62,000 nucleotides of DNA, taken from Wallemia ichthyophaga EXF-994 (taxonomy: Eukaryota > Fungi > Basidiomycota). The number at the start of each line of letters is the position of its first letter. Position 1 is the stretch's first letter. The stretch covers positions 82,001 to 144,000 of the forward strand of contig NW_008806281.1 in NCBI RefSeq assembly GCF_000400465.1. Direction: 5' to 3'. Below the pieces are notes generated by a model that searched no databases, was not told where the DNA came from, and saw nothing but the letters and a program-made list of their open reading frames with translations. The position numbers and the translations under genes are program-made. Of the stretch, positions 47,029 to 58,828 are shown in pieces.

Positions 47029-49387
47029 TCAAAGTATGGTTATTTGCGAATTTTGACTTGTGTTTCCTGTAAATCGCTTGGCAACGAAAGTCAACACTCT
47101 CAATCCACTCACCATCAACTTCGAGGCATCAGCAGTAGCAGAAACGACGGATCCTGCTTCAGATCCATCCATCAGGTATAAGCGAGCCCTATCATCTAGT
47201 TTGTGGGCATAGTATACGGGTATACCTAATGAAACCGCAAGATTAGCAATCTGGTATGTCATAGATGTCGCGTATATTGTCTGGCTGAGGGTTAGGACAT
47301 TGAATCCAATGTCTTCGTGTAATACGTCATATCTAAATTTCTAGAGGTACCCGTCAAGCCAGAGTGCGTGTAGGCGTAGAATTAAAATTGGTTTGGTCGA
47401 GTGACACTTGGGTGATCAATTATCGTTCCACTCTTGCAGCTGCATGATTTGTTCTGCAGATCATTTCTAAGCGGCGCGAATTTGACGTGAGGCAGCTTCT
47501 GTCTAACCATAACGGTGATCTTTGGAGTTTTGCCACCAATCAGCTCCTTGTATGCTTGAACAATTGCTAGCCTCTCGTGCTGGAGCACCTCTCGGTACTT
47601 GACGTCAGACACGCCATCTCTGACATGCAGAACGTGCCTAGGAATAGCACCTAGATTGCTCTCTCTCTCTGTAAACGTTGACATTTATTTTGGCCATGTT
47701 CTTCAGGTTCTCAATAATCTCCTGGCGTACTCTCAAAGGTACTTTACTGCCTATAAATTTAGGGACACGCTGGTCTGTGTTTGAGACAACTCCAACAATC
47801 GACATAATGGTCCTCATCTCATGAGGAGGGTAGGTAACATCGACACCGAAGCACATCACTCTTTCAGGCTGAGCAAGGTATGGATTGGGTGAAACCAGTG
47901 TATGGTTGACGCCATCTCCTTTCACGTTTATCTTCAAAAAAATATTCGAGACATAGGTTGGCTTGGCATTGATCGCCTTTTTTTGCCACAAATAATTGCG
48001 AAGGAACTCCTACATGTATGTCGCAGTATTGCTAGATGACTGTGTACGTGTTTGATTTTTCAAATTTGCAAGTTGTAAGGACAAAATCTGTCTTCACGTT
48101 CAATCTCTTCGATTCGTTGAGAATTGTCTTGACGCTGGCATTCTCGTTACGCAGGAAGCAAATTGCTGGCTCATGGAGTACCGTCATACCTCTCTTCATA
48201 CACACTGCAACAACATCTTTGAGGAAATTTGTCAGCCATTCGTACTCGTCTGGTCTTCCAAAAGCAAACAGCTTCCAGTTATTAATTGTCGCTGGCTTGA
48301 AGAATGTCATATTTTGTGAATTTCTATCCCATTCCACGTCAGGCTCGCTGGGTTGGATCTGAAGACGGTTGCCGTATTCAAGACTTGATGGCTTGATTAC
48401 TGATGCAGAGCATTCGATGGCATTAGAATCAATTTTGAAGCCAAATTCACTGATGACAGGGTTATTCCTGGAAAGAGACATTGCTTGACCACGATAGTTT
48501 TTCAGTCTCTACAATGACTTAACTTTGCAGAAACTCATTATGTCTTTGGTCTGGGCAGAATTTAAAACCCCGCCTGGATGAATCTGACCTGGGATAATGT
48601 TCAGTAGCTCCATTGAAAAAAATGTCATGCTTTTCCCAATAACGGGTAATTGAAGAAGCCTGAGCACAAAGTTGTGCGTAGATTTAAGATAAGCTGTGTT
48701 GCTCAGCTTTCTCCCATTGTACTCCTCAAATGTGTAAGTGTTTGCATTGTTCACGGAAACGTCTTGGATTTTGAAGGGTTGTTTACGGTTAGGGATGTGA
48801 TTGGTCTCAACCTTGACCTTCTTGAGCTGCTTCTCTAGCTGGCGTCTCATTTGGTTGTTGAGGCGGCGGTTTGGACCGACAGTCATATTTATTGAACCAC
48901 TCAGACTAATCAGCTTTAGGGCTATCGCGTGTAAGCGACCCTCCTACAAAATTTGAATGGACGATGTGTCAATGTTCAAGACAACGTCGTTTGCAGAAAG
49001 CCTTGTTGTACTACAAGGTGTTGAAAAGAAGAGGATCTCGTTGTCGAAAGGAAGCCTCTTTAAGCTATAAAGTAGAGCATGGTCATCGTAAGCAAACATA
49101 TTTCCAAAAGTGACTTCGCGTTCCTGATTTTCATTATTAGCCACACAACAAGGTCTCAGGTTGAGAGATAGAGCGCTTACCAAGAAAAACTTCACAGCGC
49201 GCAAAATATCGTTCCAGCTGCGTATCTTTGGCCTGTCTGCCTCGACGCTCACATCTTACACATGAAACGACTGTTAGCGGACTTTGGGTTTCTCCTTCAG
49301 GGGAAAGAGGTTGGAAGACACCTTCACTTGTTGGTTGGAGATGAATTGCTTTGGTTTTAGCGGTAGGATCACTTTTGAATACGACAT
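47029..49387 (-). pseudogene. Argonaute pseudogene (N-PAZ-L2-MID-PIWI)
   Basis: VVLNID, PAZ (VKVETNH...MELLNIIPGQ), CDIHVGVPSQ, NIFLKINVK, FGVDVTYP, QEII, RDGVSD, GTIID, IPVYYAH. Stops at 49274, 49256, 48944, 48509, 48032 and 47382; frameshifts near 47980, 47665 and 47340. Confidence 0.92.
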
Positions 49388-50167
49388 TGTGAATGCGTGG
49401 AAATCAAGGTTGAGAACTGGGCAGATTAATTTTACAATAATTCAATTTTCAGAGACTCGAGGCTTTGGTGGTAGCTTAAAGTCAGTCAATTCATTGAGTA
49501 CATCATCGCCAATTTTCTCACTTGACTTCAAACGTGCATCTTTCATCAGCATCTTAAAGCTGGCTAGATGCGTTTTGTAGGCGTTTGATTCAGCTGGTGT
49601 ATTGATAGGAAGCTGAGTTTGAGCCAAGTGCGGACTCCACAAGCTGTGAATCAGGCAAAAGCTGAAAGCATTCATACGTTAATCATGAGTACCATTTGTG
49701 GGTGTTCTTCAAGTCTTCTTCTAAGGATCTATATCATGCACAGTGCTCTAGATAGAAGTCATAATATGGTCAAAAGCGTTACAAGGATTAATATTTTTCG
49801 CCTATCTATACTTCTTGTGCATTGAAAGCTGTGGATTGTAGTGACTCAAAGGGATGCGGTTCTTGGCATGTGTGCCGCAAATTGGGAGGTAACTACGTGG
49901 AGCAACCGGAGGCGCGTGGATGGGTGCTGAGCTGGCTTTTGAAGAACTCTCAAAGAGTTGCAAAGTGCTCTTGTCGCTGGAAAGTCCACGACAACAAACT
50001 TTGACTTGTTTCGATGTTGGCGCACATTTAATACAGCTTCAATATGTAATTACCAACTTCAAGTAGATTGGGGAAGGCGTAAAAACTCGTGAAAACCTCC
50101 AAAATAGAGAATTTCGTATAATAAGTTTTTACGGATATGAATGTTTTAGATCGGATCTTTTAGTATC

Positions 50168-50248
50168 GGTTCGATGGTCTAGGGGTATGATTCTCGCTTT
50201 GGGACACCAATTTGCGAGAGGTCCAGGGTTCAAATCCCTGTCGAACCC
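50168..50248 (+). tRNA. tRNA-Pro(UGG) with 9-nt intron (50204-50212)
   Basis: GGTTCGA/TCGAACC acceptor stem, TGGTCTAGGGGTATGA D-arm, anticodon TGG at 50200-50202, GGTTCAAATCC T-loop. Confidence 0.96.
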
Positions 50249-50252
50249 TTCC

Positions 50253-50260
50253 TTTTTTTT
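50253..50260 (+). terminator. Pol III T8 terminator
   Basis: Eight T residues 4 nt after the tRNA 3' end. Confidence 0.85.
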
Positions 50261-50329
50261 CCATCGTTTCCAAGTGGATCTTTTTGATAGCACTCGCTCA
50301 GTCATAGTTGTATGGCAGCCTTGAATTGC

Positions 50330-51170
50330 AATTGGGTATTGCATTCAGTTCTTAGAAGGTAATGAGCCTGAAAATATGTGTGCTGTAGGATATCTCAGCG
50401 GACTTCTAAGTGTTCCCACGTGATTGCGTTAAGTGCTAGAATTTTTTGCTGGTGCTGTCGGCTCGCCGGCTGCTTGAAGTGCGCATCTCTCGATCGCATA
50501 CGCAAACACCATCTGGTGGCAATGCGTATTTCATCAAGCAGTGTCCAAATCAAAAGAATTACACTTCAAGGTAAGAATATTGTTCATTTTGATTTTTTTG
50601 GCCTTTCTGTTGTTTTAGGTTTGCTTGTATTCTTCACTCCTGTCTTGATTTTAATTTAAACTTTTCAACTTGTCAACCGTGTTTGTTTGCTTAAAACCCT
50701 CAAATGGATCATTGAAGAACGCTATTGTACTTTCTAAAGATTTTGAGCTACCGTTCTTGCTTTTCTCGTCTTTCACTTTCTTTTGCAGATCAATCTCCTC
50801 TTCTTTGAGTTGATGGTATCGTCAGTTAGTGCCAAAAGGAAGAAGGCACTAATCGCAGGACATGCTTTTCCCCAATTTTGGAGCAACTCAGTGCCAAATT
50901 TTTCAACCGAAACGTTTCGCGCTGAGGCTTCCTTTGATAACACCCTCTGGTCAAATTCGGGAATTCTCTTTAAACAAATTGATCCTCTTCATAGATTGAA
51001 GGATTAAAAAACCTTATGTTTGGCAAATCATCTAGCGGAGGTAATTGCATGCCGAAATCATCGAAGGTGAAAAATTTAAACTTGCTTTCCCTATTTGCTT
51101 CTTCTTATGATTCGTGATAGTTTTCTACTGGGAATAATAAGTTGTGAATGAGATTGTGAATTTTGTCATG
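50330..51170 (-). pseudogene. Possible decayed gene: charged, protein-like frames with scattered stops
   Basis: Segments such as ES*EEANRESKFKFFTFDDFGMQLPPLDDLP and HQLKEEEIDLQKKVKDEK; no family recognised. Confidence 0.25.
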
Positions 51171-52403
51171 TTCCTAGTGGAAGATTGCCAATGTTGATTC
51201 AGTGTGTTTGTTGGTGAGCTTGGGTGATTGGACAGGCAACCAAATACATAAAATACTGCGAGCGCTAGCACTATAAACAAAAGTGTATTTGCTGCTCCTT
51301 AGCGCTTGCTGTGCATGCAGATAGCCACGTGACTAGCCATGAGGGTATTCGATAACCCACAGTCAGCAATAAGATTAATTGAATGCACCGAAAGCTTTGA
51401 GGAAAATAGCTGAGCAGATATGTTTACGCCGTTAGCCGGTGTTACCGGGAACGAGGGTAGCCGGATTCGTGAAAAACAACAAACACGAGGCGCGAGTCAC
51501 GTGTTTCTTGGCTGCCGCTGCGGTATTTAGGTGGCCCACATTCCTTACTCTTCTCCTTGCGTTAAAACGTCTTGGGGGCCATATTAAGGCAGGTATAATC
51601 CTTTCCCTGTAAATATTCTGCACTAATCCCAGTAAACTTTACCTTCACTGGTTCAACTCTCTCTGAACTTCATTAAGAGCTGGCAGTCCGTTCAAAGTCC
51701 GCTTTGAGTGTTACTCTAAGGAAGTTTGCTATCATCACTTGGACTCTCTAACCTCAACCACCAAGACGAGGCAGTCCGCAGATGATGTAAATGTGATTTC
51801 GCAAAGTTGAAAGAGTTGTACGACTACGACAATTCTATATTTGCAATTTAGATAGCCTTTTCAAATGTCATACCATCCATCGCTTAGCGATATTGGTGTT
51901 TCGCCGTATTTGTTTTTCTGCTCGAGTTCAAGTACGGCTAATCACCAGAGTTGGTATAAGAAATATCCGCCAAGTGCGTGTTTGATATCGCTAGCGATGA
52001 CGTTGCCGTTGTGACGCTGTGTGCGACGTGCGATACGTCTTGGGGATATTCTTGGAAGCAATCGAGGTTGGTTTAGCGTTAACGACCTCACATAATCTCG
52101 TTTAAATTCGTCTTGGGCATTTTGGCGCCATCATATGCACTGTAATCAATTGAAATGCGCTTGGTGCGGCAATTAGCTAGTTGATTTGCAAATCGAATAT
52201 AGTTATCAAGTCTAGATACAACCTCTACACGCTCTAATTCTTACTAACTGCGTCATTATCGCATCATAGTTGCTGGCTTGCCGCTTTTGACCTTCACGCC
52301 AATCAATTTCCTCATTTGGATGAGACGGGACTATAACATAGTACAGATGGCTCAATTACTCTTTGCTAAGCTCCTGCACTTTATTGCCAAAGTCAAAGTC
52401 AAC

Positions 52404-53353
52404 ATGGAATAGTAAGTGGTGTGCATCATAACTGAAACACCACCTAAGCCATAAATCACAGCTTCGATTACAAACCACAGAAAGAGTTGTATTTCACGCT
52501 GGACAACACCAATGAAAAAGTGTCATACTGGACAGTAAACTCGCGTTACGTCGGCGATAATAAATCTATTGAGGTCATATTAAGACGCGACAACTACAGC
52601 AAGCCATTCACGATTCGCATATACGACAGACGCTACGACCAAAATCGTCCAGAGATGTGGAATAGGGATAAGGAGCAGGAGTTCAGACAAGCTCTGAATA
52701 ATGGTGACAGCAAGTTACAGGCTGGGGAAGTGGAAGCGTGGAGAGCATGCAACGCTCAATTCGAAAGGGATTTGGCTACAATGCAAACCATAAAAAGTGA
52801 GCCACTCTACTGTGTGCAGCAATTCGTCACCACTGTTACTTTTGAAATCAGCGTCGCCCCACCGGGCCATTCCCAGAAATACTTCACTGCGAGAGGATTC
52901 CTTCTTGAAGGCATGGGCGGCGCTCTTCCTCTAACAAGTAAGATTGAAGATGAGGATGCCGAGCTTCTTGTCAAAGATGCATGCAGATCCTTCGACAAGC
53001 TTGCGCATCTTGGTATATGTCTTGCAGAATATGATATGAATCATGTTAGCTTCCTCAGGGAATTTGGATTGGAGGCCAAGTTTCAACAGATCAGCAATTG
53101 CTTGCTTAAGAACGAGGCAGTTAGCCCTGTCGCGTGGAAGGCCGACGTTGCACACCACAGAATACTCTTCAAGGATGCTGTGATGTTCGCAATTGATAAT
53201 CACAAGAGAAAGCTTCAACTACCGAACAAATCTTGGGTGGATGATTGCAAGAGTGTTAAAAGCGGTGGCATCAGCAGCGGTAGAAAAAGGAAGAAAAAGT
53301 GGAAATCTGCGGTGCGATACTCACGCGCTGCGACGTGCAATCTCATCTCTTGA
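52404..53353 (+). CDS. Divergent kinase-like (probable pseudokinase) protein with basic C-terminus
   Basis: MEY|FDYKP via intron 52412-52461; IRIYDRRY, GFLLEGMGG; no recognisable HRD or DFG; RKRKKK. Confidence 0.6.
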
Positions 53354-53693
53354 GGTTGTGCATATGCTTTAAGGTCGTTTTTGATACAGGTTACATTTCA
53401 ATCAATTAGCTAGTTTTGCTTCATATTCACGTCGTCCTCTTCAAATTCACTCAAGTCACTCCCTTTAGTTTCCATTTCAAATTTTGTAATGTTTCACATG
53501 TATATTTGCTACAAGAAAAGGGGTGAAGACGTAATGAGTGAATTGGAGTGAATTGGATAAGTTAGTTAGGAATTTCTTATTAAAAGGGTGAAGAATGTAC
53601 GTGACTGAATGGGCTGCTATGTGGAGATAAGTTAAGCAAGAGGGCCAGCCTCTTTAATGGTGTAGCTGAGTGTTGTGCTATGTGCTGCGTGCA

Positions 53694-54267
53694 TCACTGA
53701 GCTGAAGCGGTGATAGTAATCGCGGGTGTGGGAGCAAAGTCAGCGTTGGAGAAAGGATCATTGAGGTGGATGTTAGACGAGCTCGGAACAATTTCTCCCT
53801 TGCTCGACAGTCTTGGAACGGGCTTTCTCTTAACGCTAGCCAGTCTGCCAACGCTTGAAGCTGATCTGGGGAGCGCGCCTAAGCCATCATCAGATACAGT
53901 GAGATTGAGTGGCTGAGATTGAGTGGTGTCTGCATTCCCATCCCCATTTTCATTTTCCTTCTCGCCGCTATCGTTCTGCATTTGCATTTGCACCTGCGCA
54001 GCCCGCAGCTGTGCATCCTTGATAGAAATGCTGTTCTGCATGATGGGAGACTCGCGCACTTGTTGAACATTCTCCTTGTCCTTGTCTTTGGATGTGTGCG
54101 ATAGATGCGCGAATGAATTCTACGCGTCGTTATCGTTAGCCGTCTCGTCGAACTTATTAGCACACCACGCTCACCTTGACTGGCCCGCCGATAACGAGCT
54201 TATTGAGACGCTTTCTGTGCGTTGAGTTGTCGTCAACTTCATGCGTATTTACACAAGGTATCAGCAT
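53694..54267 (-). CDS. 172-aa protein with CRIB-like motif
   Basis: Exon 54267-54175, intron 54174-54120 (GTGAGC...GCTAAC...TAG), exon 54119-53694; spliced VIGGPVKNSFAHLSH. Confidence 0.6.
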
Positions 54268-54417
54268 GTCTGCGTCCGACCTCTGCGATGTGGTGGTTTA
54301 AGACAAAATCGACAAATATTTTTAAGTTTGGAATGTCTCTGCCTAAAAAGGAAATCTTACACGGCAGATGAAAGTTTTCAAATAGTTAGTTTAGATACAT
54401 TTACGTCATCACGTTGT

Positions 54418-55967
54418 TCAATTAGTATAGCCATATTGCTGGTAGCCGCCATAAGAGGGCTGGTCGTATGAGTATCCTTGATATCCACTCTGATCGTAAG
54501 ATACACCTCCTCCATATCCACCCCCTGTTTGAGCATTTGCACTAGCCCATATCTGAAAATTTGATTTGTTAGCTCGCTGTGTTTGATACAGTTACACTCT
54601 TCACTCACGTCTGGATTACGCCATGGTGGCAGGTTCTTGCCTTCTGACTGCCATTTCTCAACATAGGATGTATGTGTTGGTTGGGCAGCAGTCTGCCCAC
54701 TACCACCCTCAATCATACCCTTACTGGTACCGCCGCCTTCGCCAAGCTCAGCCATGAGGTTTGCGTACTCACTATCGAAACCAGGTGCATTGGAAGCGCC
54801 CTTGATCTGCTCCGCTTGGGCTGGATTGACGGTACAGTCTCTGGACAAGTGACCAGACTGACCACACAGCGCACATTTAATCTGCGTAGTAATGCTTTCA
54901 CCCTCTGGACACTCCCATCTTCTGTGGCCGGCGGCACCGCAGCTCTGACAGATTTGGCCTTCGTCGTCTCTGAGAGTGCCGTTCAAAGAGGCGAGCTCTC
55001 TGAGTTGGCTGCGCTTATGATCGTTCTCACCCTCTGGTGTTGAAGCTGCAGTCTCTATGACCTTGTTGATAAGCTTTACACACCTCCTCACTTTCTCCTC
55101 CGAGTCTGCGCTAACAACGCAATGAAGATCCTCTTCGCCCGATGAATCCATACTATCTGGCCTACCCTTACCCTCCTTGACGGAACCTTTACCTCTGATA
55201 GATATCTTAGCGCCAGACTGTCTCTCCATGTTCTTGAGTGAGTTGCCACGCGGTCCAACAAGTAAACCAAAAAAGTTAACTTCTGGGAAGTCATGTGTGG
55301 GGATGTAGACTTTTTCAGTGGGGCGCGTTGACCGCCTAGCCTGGTTATAATCGGAAGGAGGTCTGTAGCTGGGATCCATCTTCATCACCTTATCGATAAG
55401 TTTAATGCGCTCTCTCTCAAGCTTAAGTTTGTAGCGTTGTTCGCGGGTATTAGTGCGTTTACCCCAGCTATCGTAGCTTGGGGGTGGAGAAGGGCTGCGT
55501 TCAGCTTCTGAAGGGACAAACCTGCCTTTAAGTATTTTCTGATTAATCTCCTCAATACGCATTTGAGCAGCGTAACATTCAATAGCCTTTGGTGCCGCGT
55601 TGGCGTTGTAGATGGCGGTGGGGAGGACAGCACCCGAGTCTGCAGCATCGCCCCATCTCGATTTACGCTTGCGTGGGTGATCGCTGGGAGGTGGCGGTGG
55701 AGGCATTTCTCTCATCCTCTTCTCTGGTCTTTCTGTTGGTCTTCCGCGGGGTGCTTCTTCCTCAACGCCGTTTCCATACTTGCGTCTGTTACCCAGTGGG
55801 ATATTGTTAGCTGTGAGTGGCGTATTAGCGGTGGGTCTGTGTACACGCCATTCTCCACTCGCCTGAGGACATGGGCGTTGGTGATGAAGAGGTGCAGCTA
55901 CAGCGCGGAGAAAGAGCTGCAAAATTTTTAGAGACGCGGGAGTATCCGTGGGGTGGCTGTGCGGCAT
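54418..55967 (-). CDS. MSL5: Branchpoint-bridging protein / splicing factor 1
   Basis: RKRKSRW, KH domain NFFGLLVGPRGNSLK, two CCHC zinc knuckles; start uncertain. Confidence 0.93.
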
Positions 55968-56043
55968 CTAGAAGTGTATCTGTATCTCTACTCGCTTCCA
56001 CCCGCTTTCTACCCTCTTGCAGCCACCATCACCATCAAAACCG

Positions 56044-57849
56044 ATGGAATCTACCACACAGATCAAAACACGCTTGAGGCAATCTACTCGCGATTGCTCA
56101 GCGCGTGGTTTGATATTCGCCTCAATCTGGTCAGCCGAGATGGCAGCGTGTATGCGTATACCCATTGACAGTGCGAGCAATACACCTGCAGCGTTCCTCA
56201 CTTCCACGCCTGCACGAGCCACGCACGGCGACAGATCGTTCAATCCACCCGACGCCTTATCGTTCGACGACGACCAAGAGCTCGCGAGCGACGAAGAAGA
56301 TGTCTACGCGCTCGCCAAAGCCTATTACGACGCTAGGGAGTTCGACAGGTGCGCCACTGTCCTCTCCAACTGCACCACCGACAAGAGTTTATTTCTCGCA
56401 CTGTATGCCCGCTATTTGGACAGCGAGAGACGCATCCAGGAACGCACTGAACCTATCATGGGTGCGTCATTGTCTTGGTGTTGCGACTAGCTCAAGCTCA
56501 CAATACCAATCCAGGCCCACGCGATACGCGACGAGAGAATGCCAATACCCAAGTACCGCAGATCTTGGCCCACCTGCGCGACCCCAAGGACGCATTCCTG
56601 CTCTATCTCAAAGGTATCCTACTTCACCGCTCCTCTAAGCGGATAGAAGCGATGGATGCACTCATCAAATCGCTCAATGCGAATCCATGGAACTGGAGTG
56701 CGTGGTTGATGTTAGGAGTGTGTGTGCAAGACATTGACGATGTAAGTGTGGTGTGTGTGTATAAGCACAGAATGAAGAATAAAAAAAGTTGACCATGCCT
56801 AGCTCAGCGCCATTGAGTTGCACCTCCCACAAGGTGTAATGATGAGGATATTCAGCGTGCACATGCTCATAGAACTGCACGCAGTAACGGAGAAGCTTCA
56901 CGGGGCACTAGATGAGCTTGAGGAGGTTTTCACTGACTCTACGCACATCCACAGTCAGCGCGCATTTGTCTATTACAACATGCATCAGATGGAAGAGGCT
57001 GAAGAGATCTTTGACAGGCTATACGCACGTGACCCGCATCGCACGCAGGACCTCGACCTTTACAGCAACATCATCTACGTGATGGGCAACCAGACCAAGT
57101 TGGCTGCGCTAGCGCACGGTGTTGTGCAGCACAACCGGAGTGATCCGCAAGTTTGCTGTCTTGTTGGAAATTACTTCAGTATTCGAGGGGAGCACGAGAA
57201 GGCCATCATGTACTTCAGACGTGCACTGCGGCTGGATCGCGCCTACTTGAGTGCGTGGACGCTCATGGGGCATGAGTACATCGAGCTGAAGAACTCACAT
57301 GCTGCCGTCGAGGCTTACCGACGGGCTATCGACGCTAATGCGAAAGATTACAGAGCATGGTATGGTCTCGCACAAGCATATGAATTGCTCGGTATGTACA
57401 ACTACTCCCTTTACTTCTACCAGAGAGCTACAGCACTGCGTCCATATGACCAACGTATGTGGCATGCCCTCAGCAGCAACTATGAACATCTCAGACGGTT
57501 CGACGACGCTATCAAGTGTCAATTGAGATATATGGAGCTTGCTACAGATACAGTCGATCCTAAGATGCACATCAAACTGTCCAAACTGTACAAAGACGCT
57601 CGTTTGGCACACGAAAGCGCCCTCGAATTGCGCAAGGTTTACGATATTGTCGAATCAAGCTCCGGCGAGTTGAGAGTGACCGATTACGTAAACGTCTATC
57701 GCGAACTGGCTGTCTGGGAACTCAACCATGGAAATACTGCACTCGCGCAGTCGTATCTGATCAAGGTCGTCGAAACAAACGCCCCAGAGCGCGAAGAAGC
57801 CATGTCTATATTGCGCTCTATCCAGGTCAAGGAGCTAGGGCAGATGTAG
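56044..57849 (+). CDS. CDC23: APC/C subunit Apc8 (TPR)
   Basis: CSARGL, AKAYYDAREFDRCA, CCLVGNYFS, AWTLMGHEYIELKN, DYRAWYGLAQAYE. Confidence 0.95.
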
Positions 57850-57955
57850 ATGTAAATGTAAACTAGTTGATATGCACTATGCATAAATTGAAAACTAAGT
57901 AAAACAACTAAGAATGATAGTAAGAAAGAAGAAAGAAAATGCCTATGCTAAGATT

Positions 57956-58713
57956 TTAGATATCTACAGCGCCTGGGACCTGGTCGTCAGAAGGCAAGCT
58001 GCCCTGATCAGATATTTCGACATCCGAGTCGTCGTCATTGTCTTGATCGAGCTTGACATTTTCTGGGAGGGCGAAGCGTTGAATGTAATCTGCGGGTGAG
58101 TGTATGATCAGCGTAAATGCCCTGAAAACCCGTTCCAACTCACCCTTTACTTTGGTTTCATAGCTTTGGGCATCGCGCATGGAAAGGGCAGCAGCCTCGC
58201 CATTGAGTGGATCCGAAGGGTTGGGATATCTGAGCAACTGGGGCAGGAACACCTCGAAGATGTTTATCAGATCGAACATGGGTGACCAAGTCTGATTGAT
58301 GACATCAAGACACACACTACCACTCTGCTCATCGATATTTGGGTGAAATATTCTATTGAGGAATCCAATTGAAGGGGATTTGAATGGATACTGGTCAGGT
58401 AATTCTACGCGTACTTTCCATACACCGCCTTGGTAGTGTGCTGGTGACAGCGCCATTAGAGTGGGCAATTGGGCAATTGGGCCACTCACTCTCTTTGGGA
58501 CCGTGGAATCTAACAAAAAACTCTTGCATGTTGTCGTTGCTGAGATTCACTTCGTACTCGGACATGAGACTGTTGTTGTGTACGTTAGTCTCTTACCGCT
58601 TTCGGAAATAACCAACTGACAGCTTGAATACATCAGTCTCTATTCTGCGCCGTGGTGAACTGTGCTGGCAGTGTCAGTGGCTAGGCCTCGAGATTTCACG
58701 CTCAACTTATCAT
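57956..58713 (-). CDS. UBC8: Ubiquitin-conjugating enzyme E2 (Ubc8/UBE2H)
   Basis: [14 protein letters not shown]|[36 protein letters not shown]. Confidence 0.93.
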
Positions 58714-58828
58714 GACGGAATCTATTAAACTCGATAAGGCGAGCGATTGCGGGAGAGAAAGGAGGAAAAGAGCAATGTATAAATATTTACAAGTTCCAAA
58801 TAGATACTCAGGTATACTAAAATTACCT

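Noticed and set aside
6938-49387. Genome-wide reassignment of TAA/TAG to Gln
   Set aside because: Conserved genes here end at TAA/TAG and long housekeeping ORFs contain no internal stops.
49442-50030. Separate pseudogene upstream of Argonaute read as one frame with eight stops
   Set aside because: Eight stops in about 185 codons is close to random expectation; only the 77-aa terminal ORF and a possible intron support it.
51300-52150. Protein-like minus-strand fragments
   Set aside because: Stop density is near random and no homology is recognisable; mentioned only as part of the island.
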